Shown: positions 13,201-25,789, counted from the stretch's first letter. The stretch: DNA of 64,000 nt from Felis catus (GCF_018350175.1 NC_058368.1:206832001-206896000), one strand, 5' to 3'. Notes: generated by a model from the letters alone, not told the origin. Numbers and translations are program-made.

Positions 13201-13464
13201 AAGTTCTGGTTTTCCCTGTTCAGTAGTTTTTGTCTATACCAAGAACCACCCCTAAAACCTAGTTCTCTAGCCAGGCACTCCACTACTCCACCTTGTTTGT
13301 GTTGGTTTTCCTTCTTAACAATATAGTCCTGGTAGCTGGGATCCTGAACACTATGGCAGTCTTGCTATAATGTTTATCTAAACTTCAAGACCTGAATCCT
13401 CTATCTTGGTACCTTGTTTATCCAGTTAAAAATCTAGGTGCCAAGTATTGCTTGAATTGTGGCG

Positions 13465-13855
13465 TGAATTCTGTGGTAAGCAAGAATATCCCTTTTAAGG
13501 AAGGGTGCCCAGATGCAGGAAGTGTGGTGGACAGCCACCTCCAGCTGCCGTCTCCTTCAAGGTCAGGCTCGGCTGTGCAAAGGTACTTCCTCCGAAGGGA
13601 TGGCCTTCCAGAATTTGCCTGCATGCAGTGAGGTAGGGACGTACCATCTGACCATTTTTGGCCTAATACAGGATAACTCAGATGAACAAAATGTGCTTCA
13701 GAACTCGCCGTCTAATTGGTTGAAAACTGTTGGGTCTGTATCACAATTAAGCTTCTCATTCTGGCCAGTCTTGCTTCTTCCTCCTTCCTCTAATAGGCCC
13801 TGATCATCAGTAAATATTTTATACCTCGATCATCTCAGTATCTGTTACCACAGTA
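13465..13855 (+). mobile_element. LTR16-family ERVL solo LTR
   Basis: 'cccagatgcaggaagtgtggtggacagccacctccagctg' and 'caggataactc...gcttcagaactc...ctgtatcac...catctcagtatctg' are colinear with the recalled LTR16 consensus. Confidence 0.7.
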
Positions 13856-14269
13856 CTTGACCTTCTGTGCCCTTCAAAATATTCAGCTGTTTCAGTGTTC
13901 CTTTCCCTACGTTCCTATAGGCTCACTGTGAAGCCTCATTTCAGTCTTATTATCTGACAGCTGTTAATCCTGAGGAGTGTAGCATTGAGTGAAGAAGACG
14001 TAAGCATACCAGAGGCCCATGGAAGTGTCAACCCCAGTGAATCATTCTCACTGAAAAAGTTAAGCCTATGGTAAGAACACTGTATCACAGGCTCCTAGGT
14101 GATGGTAACAGGGCTTCTGAATCAGAGGACCTAGAAATGGGCTCCTGCAGTGTCAGAAATCAGATGGGATAAGAGGCACTTATAGTCTTAGTGAAGGACT
14201 CATCTTGAGAAAAGATGGAGCATAGCTTGAAAAGAGAAACCCAGATGACATGAGTGTGGTAGGGTTGTA

Positions 14270-15010
14270 TGTGGAGTAGTAAAGGGTATGTATTTTGACC
14301 CCAGAACTCCCTCCACACACATATTATACACTCGGGCCTGGAAACATGATACTGGAAACTCTACAAGGGAGAATCATAGAGGCATACAGAAGAGAAACTT
14401 CCGATGTCTTGGGTTTTAACCACAAAAATATTGATCCAGGTGTAACGAAGGAAAGATTAGAGGAATATTTGATCATGTAGAGTCAACCATCCATATATTC
14501 CCTCTCTATATCCTCTTACATGGAAATCTATGAGCTTGCAAGGGGGATAAAAAGAACCTAGTGGCGTTGGGTGAATGGTATCCATCTCTACTCAGGCCTG
14601 TTTTCTAGTGGGGGCTGGAGGCCAAATATGAACCTTTCAATATGGCAGCTTATGAGTGGAGGAGATATATATAATACTCTGAGAATAGTTTGGGAAGAGG
14701 CATAGCAACTGTCTGTAGCACAACCACATAGAAGCCTTAGATAGAACAAGAATGGAGAAGGCTCAGTGACAACCTCAAGGCTTCCCCAGAAGCTGGCAGA
14801 ACGTAATACTTACCATCTCCTAGTGATCTTTTTGCTCTGATAGTTGAAGTCTTGAGACCCACAGAAAGGTTTCCTACAATAATTATCTCAAAATCTGAAT
14901 CCTGATACTGGTATGTGGTCTCCCTAACTAGAAACATAGTTGCCTCATGATGCTTGGACTATGACTGGATCACCCAAGCCCTTCACACACTGTGACTGGC
15001 CTGTTCTCTC
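14270..15010 (+). mobile_element. Possible ancient LTR, unclassified
   Basis: Begins TGTGGTAGG, is GC-moderate and has a TATA-like 'gatatatataa'. I do not recognise the family. Confidence 0.3.
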
Positions 15011-15084
15011 ATCTTGGATGATAGTTTTGCAAACATTATGAATGAATGTACCATCAGATAACACCTGGAGGGATGGCTTCACTC

Positions 15085-15282
15085 TAGAACTGTGCTTTCT
15101 CATACTTTAACCACTAACACATCTGAAATGTGGCTAGTCTGCATTGAGATTAGGCCATACAGTGTATGTAGAATATATACCATATTTTAAAAGCTTAGTA
15201 TCTTTTCTCGTGTGTCTCCTAGAAAATTTAAAATGGCAGCTGTGGCTTGTATGATGTTCCTACTAAATAGCACTGGTCTAGA
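15085..15282. mobile_element. MER33/MER3-like hAT-Charlie MITE fragment
   Basis: 'tgaaatgtggctagtctgcattgagat' and the terminal 'aatagcactg'. Confidence 0.7.
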
Positions 15283-15372
15283 CATGCCATCAAGCAAAGT
15301 CCATGACAAAATCGTTCTATATATTAGCAGCCCTGGCATGCAATGTATAGAGAGCATAAAGTGGACAGTTCT

Positions 15373-15531
15373 GGGGTGCCTGGGTGGCTCAGTTAATTAA
15401 GCCCAACTCCTGATTTTGGGTCAGGTCATGATCTCTCATGGTTCGTGAGATCAAGCCCTGCATGGTGCTCTGTGCTGATAGCCAAGCTTGGGATTCTCTG
15501 TCTCCCTCTCTCTCTGCCCCTCCCCCCTGCT

Positions 15532-15571
<40 letters not shown>

Positions 15572-15635
15572 CACACAAGCATGCTCTCTCTCCCTCTCTC
15601 TCAAAATAAATAAATAAAAATTAAAAAAAAAAAAA
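15373..15635 (+). mobile_element. Can-SINE with internal (TG)n expansion
   Basis: Head 'ggggtgcctgggtggctcagtt'. TSD aagtggacag at 15359 and 15634. Confidence 0.95.
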
Positions 15636-17584
15636 GTGGACAGCCCTATCCCTGCTTCAGTCTTGTAAAAGCCTCAGAGCTCCAGGCTCCAATATAGAGA
15701 TAAGGGGGTCACTAAGGAAATACTAATTTTTGACTGAATTTAAACTTGAAATGCCTAAAAAATATCTTAAGTTTCTGAGTTTACCTGGACAATTCTAGAC
15801 AAATCTTTTTGTGCTTAGGTAGAAATGAATTTCCAAGATAGAAAAGAAGAATAAGGGAGGTCACAATTTCTGCTGGTCTGAGTTTATGACTCATGACAAA
15901 TATATCCTATAACTAGTATTTGCATAAGTCATGCAAAAGCTGGGCCATTAAATGGAGCAGAGGCAGAGTCCAATGGGTTAGTGTAAAATAGACAGTGACA
16001 GAGACATAAGAATTTGTTTTTAAAACCAACCAGGGTCAAGTGCAAGTGCATGTCCAGGGTTCAGGGCCCAGCAAGCAGAGTGGTCCTAGCCAATTTCATT
16101 GGAAGCATCAGCTAACCCTGCCATATTTAGAGCAGTAGCCAGCTACAGCCCATTCATATTTAAAGGGCCTGTATTGAGGCCTACCACAAAGCAAATTAAA
16201 ATCTATTATAGTATAAATTCTACAACTCTACATGGGCCTGAGAGGTCCAAAGTGAGAGGTGATTGGTGGAGACTGAGGCTGCTGGTGATAAGGGTGTATC
16301 TGATTTACACTGGCAATACTTCAGATTAAAAAACCCAACAAAACCACCCCCAGGCTGTCAGCTCACAGAGTCACGAAGGTTGGCTTACTCTCTACAGGCT
16401 TTATTAAGTACCTAATCAAATTAAATCAGGGAGAACCAAGCCAGGCATAAAGTCCTATTGAATCTTATTTAGGTCAATCAATCATGGCAGTTGAGACCTG
16501 GAGGGCATAATTTGAATATCATGTATGCAAGCAAGATGAATGTGCAGGTGTGTCAGGGGAAAAGCGACCTGAAGACTTGGTTAGGAGCTGGTTTCAGAGA
16601 AACTATATGGGTTTATCAGTAGAATTCACATGTCTTAGCAGAGTAAGGTTGGTAGTATCTCAAGCCCCAGTCTCGTGCCTTAAATAAGATATATAGGAGC
16701 TTTCAAACTCATTAAAGGGTAAGGAGATAGAAGCTAAATGGAGTTGAGCTGGCTGAGCCAATACTGAGCCAGTATTATTTTAGTTTCCAATAGTGGGATT
16801 TACTTACTGATAGAGTTTAAAATGGTTATGGTGTCAGAGTTTCCTAGGAATGGTTAGTTTCCATGCTTTTAGATTTCTCTGTGACATTTTTATTCCCATC
16901 TAGGCCTAGGTCTGCATTTAGATCACTAATATTGGCACTAGTTCAGGCCAGAGCTCTACACTGAACCATGTGATAAGTGATATCTCATTAACATACCTTA
17001 AAAACATTCTTCTCTGAAGATTGAAATGAATGTTTTCTTGGAAATAAATGCATGTGCTTATGGTAAATCCATTAGCGAGATGGGTAATTTGACCACAGGT
17101 ATTGCATGCTGTAAATATTAATACTCTGTTTTGGTTATTAGATTTTAAAAAAGGGTAAAATGTTGAGATGAGAAAATCACACATTGATCATAGGGGAATT
17201 TGGTCAAAGATGGATTCTTTGGCACTTCTGTGGGCTGGAAAGTCAGGAAAGAGGCAGAAATGATATCTGTGTCATAAGAGTCAGTAATTTAATGGCCATA
17301 CAGGCTATTTAATGGCCATACAGTAATTTAATTTGCCAGCAGGCAAATAAAGTCATGTTTCTGTCATTTGAAATTGACTTGGAAGAGGCCTTTCTGATGA
17401 TTTTATCCAACTCTTATCTTATGGGCCCAAATAGTGAGAGCTTAGTTCAATGTCCTTGTGAGCAGATTAGAACTAGATTCCCCTGTGTAGCCTGATGTTC
17501 TTTCTACTGTAATGCAGGCTTTCCTTGATTTTATTATTTTCCTTTGTTTTAGAGAGATTAATTTTTCAAATAATAAACATATAG

Positions 17585-17770
17585 CCACCATTTACAGAAA
17601 ACTTAGAGCCTTCCGGGGACTGAAATTGTTAAGAGTATTCTTATGTCTATTGTGCTGACAAGGAAATGAGCACTGAGATGTTCAATTACTTTCCCAAGGT
17701 CACACAGACAGAAAGTGGCACACAACCAGAGATTCAGTGCATTGGTGTCAGTCTGGCTCCAGAGAGTAAA
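17585..17770 (-). mobile_element. MIR
   Basis: Core 'ttactttcccaaggtcacacagacagaaagtggc'. Confidence 0.75.
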
Positions 17771-18999
17771 TGTCCAGTGTTACACAAATGTGCAAAGTGT
17801 AATCAAATCCAGCAAAAGGAGGGATGTGAAATGATCCATAGCTTTAAACATACTTTTTTTTAAATGAAAAAAAAAAAAAAACCCAACAGATCTCATTACA
17901 GCCATGGAGTTGTTAGCCTTTTATTAGGAGTATGTTACCACATTGTTTAGAGTCCCTCACTTTGTTTAAATCACACTGGTGATGGTAAAAACATCCCCAT
18001 CTTTGGGGTAGGGAAGTATTGATGAACTCTTTTAAAGGACAGACTGTACTGAAATTAAGAGGAGCTCTGACTTTTATACTTCAGAACTAAATAGATTGAA
18101 AGAGTAGCCAAGCAAAATTTTGAAACCTGGTTTAAGAGTGTATGAAGAGCAGCTTATACAGAAGGAAGAAAATACCACAAAGGAATAAATGTACATCATT
18201 TTTAGCTTTATTATATAATGTGGCATATAAGAAAGTATACTTGTTTTTGAATTTACAAATGTCACAATAATTTTTAATGTTAATAGTATTTTTCCTCATC
18301 CTCACATCTTTTTTGGGGAAGAAGATACATGGAAAAATTTTGTGCGTAAATGGGGAATGTGAGAAATGATTTTCTAAAGTTCAAGCTTGTCTGTGTCATT
18401 AGAGACAGGAAATGTGCTCAGAATATCCAAGTAATGTAGGACACCTAACGGGCCAAAACATCTAGGTTCCTTAATTCTTTATGATGACTTAAAAGCTGAA
18501 AGACCACAGTCTCATGTTGAGCATGGGGCCATTAACCATACAGCAGACAGCAGCCTTTCCCAGCTAATACTAAATTAGAATTACAGACTGCCTGGTTTTA
18601 TGGTTATGGTCACAGTGCTGGGTTTTTGTTTGCTTGTTTGCTTGCGTGTTACTTTTATTTTGTTCGTTTGTTTATTTTGCAGTTCTTACTTGTACGTTTC
18701 CAGAGCGTTCTTTTCTAAAATTTAGAATCAGATGTAGCTAAAAGGAAAAACAAAAGAGCACATTTTTACAATTTCACAAATCACGGAAGCATCATCACCT
18801 ATACCTCTTGTTGCCTCTGAGCACCTATTTTCTCTCTATTCATGATACCAGCTTGAAGCCCGAGTGGCATTGAAGTTCTCAAAATTTATGATAATGCAAG
18901 AGCAGCAGTAAGGATTCTGAGAGCCTAAGGTAGTTGAATGGATGTGTGTGGTGGGGTGGATAAATATGTGGTCATCGAAAGAGAGGAAGAAAACAGGGC

Positions 19000-19505
19000 A
19001 CTCTGAGCTTCATATCAGTGAGGGCAGAGTTAAGGAAATAGAAAGGGAGCTAGGAATTTCAAAAGAGGGGGATCTTTGTATTGGAACTTTGTAACAAACT
19101 TCTGGAAGGGCTAGAGGAATAAAAGAGAAAAAAGAGGAGAAATGAAGGAACAAAAAGGAGGAAAGGTTGATACCCTGAGATGCAGAAACAACTAACACCC
19201 CTAGGCTGGAGCTCATGGGGCTGTCCCTGCATCCTGCGCTGCTGGGAACGCTGGACCCGCAGAGGTGGCTGCCACTGCAGGGCTCCAGTATCTTCAGTCA
19301 CCGGAGGCCAGAGCCCGAGGCCAGAGCTGCTGCAGCAGCCTTCTTGTTGGTGTCCGAAACCTCTCTTCCTCCTGCCTTCTCTTCTGACGATGCCTCCCAT
19401 TAGCAGGCCTTAATCAGGAAGCAGACAGAAAAAGGAGTTTGTGAAATGGAGTTTCAGCCTTTCGACCCCAGCTGTCCAAGGCAGAGTATGAAAGGGTAGG
19501 TGAGT
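19000..19505. promoter_or_regulatory. Candidate promoter or first-exon region (unidentified gene)
   Basis: Non-repeat GC-rich patch with 8 CpGs between about 19237 and 19464, a purine tract upstream, and donors AAGG|GTAGGT (19496) and AG|GTGAGT (19500). Confidence 0.4.
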
Positions 19506-19659
19506 GGCTGCACTTGAACTTGCAATAAACTACAAAATCACCATCAACTTGAATCCAAAATCTTCAGCATGCCAAGAGTTCTGAGAAACACTAGCACAGG
19601 CATCACTTTTACATTTCGTTTATGTGTTTGGCTAAGGACATTTCAATCTACAGTCTATT

Positions 19660-19862
19660 GCTGGGCATGGTAATCTTTTGTAAAGGTCCAGATAGTATTT
19701 CAGGCTTACGGGCTATACAGTCTGTAGAAACTACAAGCTCTGTTACCGTGGCACGAAAGCAGCCGTGGACAATATGAACATGAGCATAATTGTGTTACAG
19801 TAAAACTTCAGGTACAGAGACAGGTGGCTGGCCAGCAGGTCATACTTTGTGGATGCCTGGCT
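19660..19862. mobile_element. MER58A hAT MITE
   Basis: 'tgtaaaggtccagatagtatttcaggcttacgggctatacagtc...cgaaagcagccgtggacaata...cagtaaaactt' is colinear with MER58A. Confidence 0.85.
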
Positions 19863-20889
19863 TATTGAATGACACAGACCCAGTGCCTAAAAGACTGTAC
19901 AGTGGTGTGAAAAATATGAACCTATTGTGAGCATAATTTAATGCTGTATTAACTTTGACTTAATTTGCCAATCTTTCTTTGAAGAATGCATGTATTGTGA
20001 ATACAAAAAAAAAATCTACGTAAGTCCCATTTTATGTTGTTGATGATTTCAAAATACTTAGAAGGTATAATCCTCTTAATTTATTTGCAAGTGGACAGTT
20101 GAGTGAAAGAATTTGGACCAGAAGAGGTTTTGTCTCAGAATCCCTTTGTAAAAGTATCTCAGATCCCATCATAGAAAAAGGAGACCCGTGAACAAAATCC
20201 AAAATATATCTGTCTGGATGACAGAAAACACAGCTTAGCATTGTGCCAGGCCATGGAGGCCATCAGTGTCTATATGAGAAGCCCCAAAGTATTCAGAAGG
20301 TAATTAGCATTTGAGTAATAAGTTAAGTTTATGAAAACCTGGCTCAAACCTGTCAGAAACTAGAAAAAGAGCTCTGGCATGGTTACAACACTCCCCTTGA
20401 TAGTTTGTTTCTACAACATAATCTGGAATATCTAGACTGATATGTTCAGTGACTAAATTAATGTCTTTGTGGGCATTTTCTTCAATTTGTCATATATAAT
20501 TAAAATTCTGTTAATGTAAGCAAAAGCTGACCTAATATTCAACTCTTTAAATAAAGTGTCTAATAGGGACCTCTTTAATTGTTGGCAGATTCTGGGGTTA
20601 GAAGTAGAATAGCTTTTATTTAAAGAAATTTGTTTCCAAGTCAATATTGGGAGTTTTCCCTTATTTATTGATCCTTCTGTTCTGAAGCATATAAGCCAAA
20701 CTAATCATTATTCAAATTCTGAGTTTATCGGAGGTAGGTATTTATGATACAGACTTAATACCTTGGAAGAAGAATAAGACTTCATAATCTTGCAACCTGA
20801 AACACCTTTATTTTAGCAAACACAGTATGTTAGATGATGTCTAATTCATCCATTTTTAGGATTTGCATTTGATATTTTCATTTGAATAC

Positions 20890-21468
20890 TCAGTAAAACA
20901 TTAAATAGAACCACCAAATGATTCAGCAGTCCCACTTGTATGTATCTGAAAGAATTAAAATCGGGATCTNNNNNNNNNNNNNNNNNNNNNNNNNNNNNNN
21001 NNNNNNNNNNNNNNNNNNNNNNNNNNNNNNNNNNNNNNNNNNNNNNNNNNNNNNNNNNNNNNNNNNNNNNNNNNNNNNNNNNNNNNNNNNNNNNNNNNNN
21101 NNNNNNNNNNNNNNNNNNNNNNNNNNNNNNNNNNNNNNNNNNNNNNNNNNNNNNNNNNNNNNNNNNNNNNNNNNNNNNNNNNNNNNNNNNNNNNNNNNNN
21201 NNNNNNNNNNNNNNNNNNNNNNNNNNNNNNNNNNNNNNNNNNNNNNNNNNNNNNNNAGAATAGAATGGTAGTTGCCAGGGGTTAGGGAAGAAGAAAATGG
21301 AGAGTTGTATGTAGTTCAATAGGCATAAAGTTTTAGTTACGCAAGATGAAATTCTAGAGATGTGCTATACAACATTGTGCCTACAGTTAACAATACTGTA
21401 TTGTGACTTAAACATTTATTAAGAGGGTTAATCTTATGTTAAGTCTCCTTACCTCAATAAAAAAATTA
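20890..21468 (+). mobile_element. L1MA9-like 3' end
   Basis: 'aatagaaccaccaaatgattcagcagtcccact', 'gtagttgccaggggttaggg', 'aagagggttaatcttatgttaagtctccttacctcaataaaa'. Confidence 0.85.
20970..21256. other. Assembly gap (287 N)
   Basis: N run. Confidence 0.99.
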
Positions 21469-22065
21469 AATAATGTATGTTCAAGGGCTACTAAATTTGC
21501 ATAATGATTTTCTCAGATAATTTGATTGGCCAATCTCCTAGTGAATCCTTAAGAGTACAGAATAATAGGGTAGCTTTTGTTTATATAATCAGAATAGGGA
21601 AGATTTAAGTCACACGAAATTGTCAGGCTATGACAGGCTACATTACAGTAATAAATAATCACCAGGGACATTCTGAATGTGCCTGAACCTCCATTCCTAG
21701 AAATAAAACATTTTCTTCTTATTCAAGTGTATGGGTGGGTACTCAAGTTTACCCTCTTGACACCTTATTTTCGGTTGCAGGATTTTTCTTTCCAGAATTT
21801 CCACTCTTAGAAAAACTGTGTCTCATAAAGCTCTTACTATCTGTCCCAATGAGGATATTCTTAGAGAACACACAGAACACACATTATTAGAGAACACATA
21901 GAATTTCCAAAATTCTGAGTCTTTGTAACTTGTCACCAGCCTATCACTATCTGGCTGTGTCTTTTTCATAAATTTCACAGTTTTCCTCCCAAAGATGAGA
22001 AGGTAATATCTGTCTTTCCTATTACTGATTCAATCTCAACTTATTTCATTTAAACAATTACTCAA

Positions 22066-22204
22066 GGGGTGCCTGGGTGGCTCAATTGATTGAGCATCTG
22101 ACTTCAGCTCAGGTCATGATCTCATGGTTGGTGAGGTTGAGCCCCACATCCAGCTCTGATTCTGTGTCTCCCTCTCTCTCTGCCCCTCCCCTGCTCATGC
22201 TTTG

Positions 22205-22235
<31 letters not shown>

Positions 22236-22268
22236 AATAAACATTGAAAAACAAAAAAACAAAAAACC
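22066..22268 (+). mobile_element. Can-SINE with internal deletion
   Basis: Lacks the 'tgctgacagctcagagcctggagcc' segment. TSD acaattactcaag at 22054 and 22269. Confidence 0.94.
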
Positions 22269-22788
22269 ACAATTACTCAAGAAAAGAACACACACAATTC
22301 CACAAGAGCAGGCATTCTGAATTTACACAAAGCCCGGGAACATGTCTGACCATTTTTCCAATGCTCACAGCCTTCCTTCTATCTATATAACAAATAAATA
22401 AACAAATAAAATCCTTAATAGTTAGAAAGGTAGAATGCCTGAAAGGCAAGAATTTTGTTTCAACTATCTGCTGCAATTCACATTAGCACATAAAACACTT
22501 TGCATGCTGAAACTTTTGCATTCAAGTTGATGGTGATTTTGCATCTTATACAAAGTACAGGGAAGAGTTGTTTCTTTATGCTTGTATAGTTGAAGGCCCA
22601 CATCCAAGAGCTTTCCGAGACAAAAGAACAAGACTTTCTACAGAGACTATTAAAACCTTACCATTTGGGGTGTAGAAAACTGCTTGCAATACTTAAATCA
22701 CAAAGCTTTTAGTTCTGCCCTTCAAGGTATTTAAAATCATAGGCTAAAATTTCTAGTCTGTCCTCTCAAAACACATATATGCCTTGGA

Positions 22789-22942
22789 NNNNNNNNNNNN
22801 NNNNNNNNNNNNNNNNNNNNNNNNNNNNNNNNNNNNNNNNNNNNNNNNNNNNNNNNNNNNNNNNNNNNNNNNNNNNNNNNNNNNNNNNNNNNNNNNNNNN
22901 NNNNNNNNNNNNNNNNNNNNNNNNNNNNNNNNNNNNNNNNNN
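22789..22942. other. Assembly gap (154 N)
   Basis: N run over a SINE tail. Confidence 0.99.
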
Positions 22943-23082
22943 GGAGGAGCAGAGAGAGAGGGAGGCACAGAATCCAAAGCAGGCTCCAGGCTCCATGCTG
23001 TCAGCACAGAGCCTGATGCAGGGCTCGAACTCACGGACCGTGAGATCATGACCTGAGCCGAAGCTGGACACCCAGGAGCCCC
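22943..23082 (-). mobile_element. Can-SINE (tail lost in the gap)
   Basis: 'cagaatccaaagcaggctccaggctcc...gtgagatcatgacctgagccgaag'. Confidence 0.9.
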
Positions 23083-23087
23083 TATAT

Positions 23088-23274
23088 TCATATTTTAGAG
23101 AAAGAGAGCACATGATCAAAGGAGAAGGGCAGAATGATAGAGACAGAGACTCTTAAGCAGGCTTCATGCTCAGCAGCGGGCCCCATGTGGGGCTTGATCC
23201 CAGAACCCTGGGATCATGACCTGAGCTGAAATCAAGAGTCAGAAGCTTAACCAACTGAGCCACCCAGGTACCCC
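23088..23274 (-). mobile_element. Older pan-carnivore Can-SINE
   Basis: 'ggcttgatcccagaaccctgggatcatgacctgagctgaaatcaagagtcagaagcttaaccaactgagccacccaggtacccc'. Confidence 0.9.
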
Positions 23275-23886
23275 AGAATCATCCCAGTTTAGTTATTCTT
23301 TCTGAAAGCAAAGCATTGCTGGAAGTTATAGAATTCACTAGGTGAATTCATACTTCCAGTGACAATTCAATTCAACTGTGCTTTTAGGAAAGAGTACATT
23401 AGAGCCAGTTTTTACAAAGTCCTGGTGTACCACCTATGAACACTAAGTGATACAAACCAGGAAGGGGGTAACCTTATGACCTTCTAGAGTTGACTTAGAT
23501 TCTCCATGTTAATTTTTTAAAAACATTCCATTTGCACCTATTTCATGTATTAAAAGGAACATTCCTTTTGTAAAACCCACTTGAAGTGCTTAGAAAAACT
23601 AAGCACACAATGCCATCTTCAGAAACTATAACAGAAAATTGTAATACTAACAAACTAAATAAAATACAAAGATGCTAAAAAGTTATAATGCTAAACAAAA
23701 GACTCCCTTCCTTATATACAATTAGGCAAGGCTACATAGTGTTTGCAGCTTTAGTTCTTATGAGTTGCTATCCATTTTCCATATAGACACATACACAAGT
23801 ATATGCATACACATGTATATACGTACACACAAATATTCTTTAATATGTAATTTTTCATGAGCACGGTAAAGAAAATATAGCACTGT

Positions 23887-24112
23887 GGGGTGCCTGGGTG
23901 GCTCAGTCAGTTGAGCGTCTGACTTTGGCCCAGATCATGATCTCACAGTTCATGAGTTCAAGCCCCGCGTTGGGCTCTGTGCTGACAGCTCAGCCTGGAG
24001 CCTGCTTCAGATTCTGTGTCTCCCTCTCTCTCTGCCCTATCCCCACTCATGCTCTGTCTCTCTCTGTCTTAAAAATAAATAAAACTTAAAAAAAAAATAG
24101 AAAAATAAAAAA
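23887..24112 (+). mobile_element. Can-SINE
   Basis: TSD aaagaaaatatagca at 23868 and 24113. Confidence 0.95.
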
Positions 24113-25329
24113 AAAGAAAATATAGCATTGCTTCTTCAGGATGCTAGAAAAATTCAAGTAATTTGAAACTAAGGAAGGGAAATAGATTTATTGTTGTAAT
24201 ATTGAGTATTTGTCCTTTTCTTACTCCTTAGAAGTGATTAATTGGATGAAATATTGTAACCAAGGGAAAACTGCTGGAGGCTGGAGACCAGTAACAGAGG
24301 AAAGACTGCATGAATGTCTTGTAATAATGTGAATTTCATTGTAAGAATCAATGAGCCCCAGAGCAGTAGTTCCTGTTTAATTCATATGGTTAAAGATAAA
24401 TCCCAGGTAGATGAAAAAACTTTTACTCTTTATGCATTGAAACCTATAAAGATAAAATAATACATTTTTAAAAATACATTTTTAATGATAATACAATGGG
24501 CTGGTTCTACTTGGTTCTAGTCTACTGAATAGAGACTATTCCATAGTGACAAGATCTCTGAGGATAGATCTTTAGACTAGGTTATAATTCTTTTAAAACC
24601 AAATATGATTGGAGGGTAGAAAATCAGTTTCCCAAAAGGGAGGGGAATTATGCTTCCTGGGTGGTTGGTAGGACCATGATCCAGAGAACATACTGGCTGG
24701 TTAGCCTGATATTTCTCCAGTGTAAACCATATGCTGACATGGGAAAAGTGAAGGCAATTCTGTGTTTATTATGGTCACTGTCACACTGAGGTAGCTGAAT
24801 CTGTGGCCTTGTCTTTGCCTTGTGATCATTAGTGATTCTTCCTCACAATTTTGTGAAAGCCCAGCGGACAGGAAAAAAACTAAGCTAAGCAATTAAACCT
24901 GGGCTTGCTGAAAATGTTACTGGAGGAATTATTGAGTTAAATTATCTGTGCCCATATTAAGGGGTTGAGTTTAGCATACATTCTGCTAAAATCTCTGATG
25001 ATTTTATATTGCTAAATGCTGGTCCACAAACCAGAGGGTTATAAAATTCCTGCTAAGATACTAATTTATATTACTTTTTGCTCCTGAACAATGTGAACAT
25101 GAAAAGATTCTCATTAAATATGATTTAAAGTTATTCTTTGTAATGTCCAAGGAAAGATCAAGGTTTTGTAATTATTTCCATGGGATATTATTGTGTATGA
25201 GTCTTCTATTACCTTCTTCCTGTATTGACTCTATTCTATAAACTTATAAAATTTACTTTGAAGCATTTCCTTAAGATTTCCAAGTTTGTTTATTTTATTT
25301 AAGATTGCCAGTAATATCAATAGTGGAGT

Positions 25330-25500
25330 AGCTAAGCTTTGGAGTCCATTACGCTAAGGAACAGTTGTGACACAGTCATAAGCAATGATTAATGTGGACA
25401 ATTAACTGACTTAGGTATCTCTGAACCTTAGTCAATCTCGAAAATATAGCTAATAACACCTGCCTTTGACAAATATTATGAAGCAGCAAAACATGCATGC
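25330..25500 (+). mobile_element. MIR, degraded
   Basis: 'agtagctaagctttggagtcc...tctctgaaccttagt...taataacacctgcc'. Confidence 0.5.
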
Positions 25501-25789
25501 ACATAATGCACATAATGCACAAAACATGCACATAATATTCCTAGCTTACAATATATATTCAGTAAATGACAACCCTTATTCAGGCACCATATTTTCCCAT
25601 TATAAATTTTGTTCCTTTAAATGTCAAAGATATGACTTACCAAATGAATTTGCTTTTTATTGTTCATGATAGAAAGCTTTAATTTAGCTTTTATGCAAAT
25701 CCAACAAACTTTTTGTGTCATCAGAGTCTTCAACAGACCAGTTGTTCATAGACATTGATAGATACTGCATCTGCTTGTTAAAAAAGCCT

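Noticed and set aside
19059-19413. Overlapping 62-113 aa ORFs and the 'KKAAAAALAS' frame as a known gene or processed pseudogene
   Set aside because: Long ORFs are expected in GC-rich DNA. The resemblance to SMARCC1 or RPL14 alanine runs is only a few residues, and there is no poly-A or TSD.
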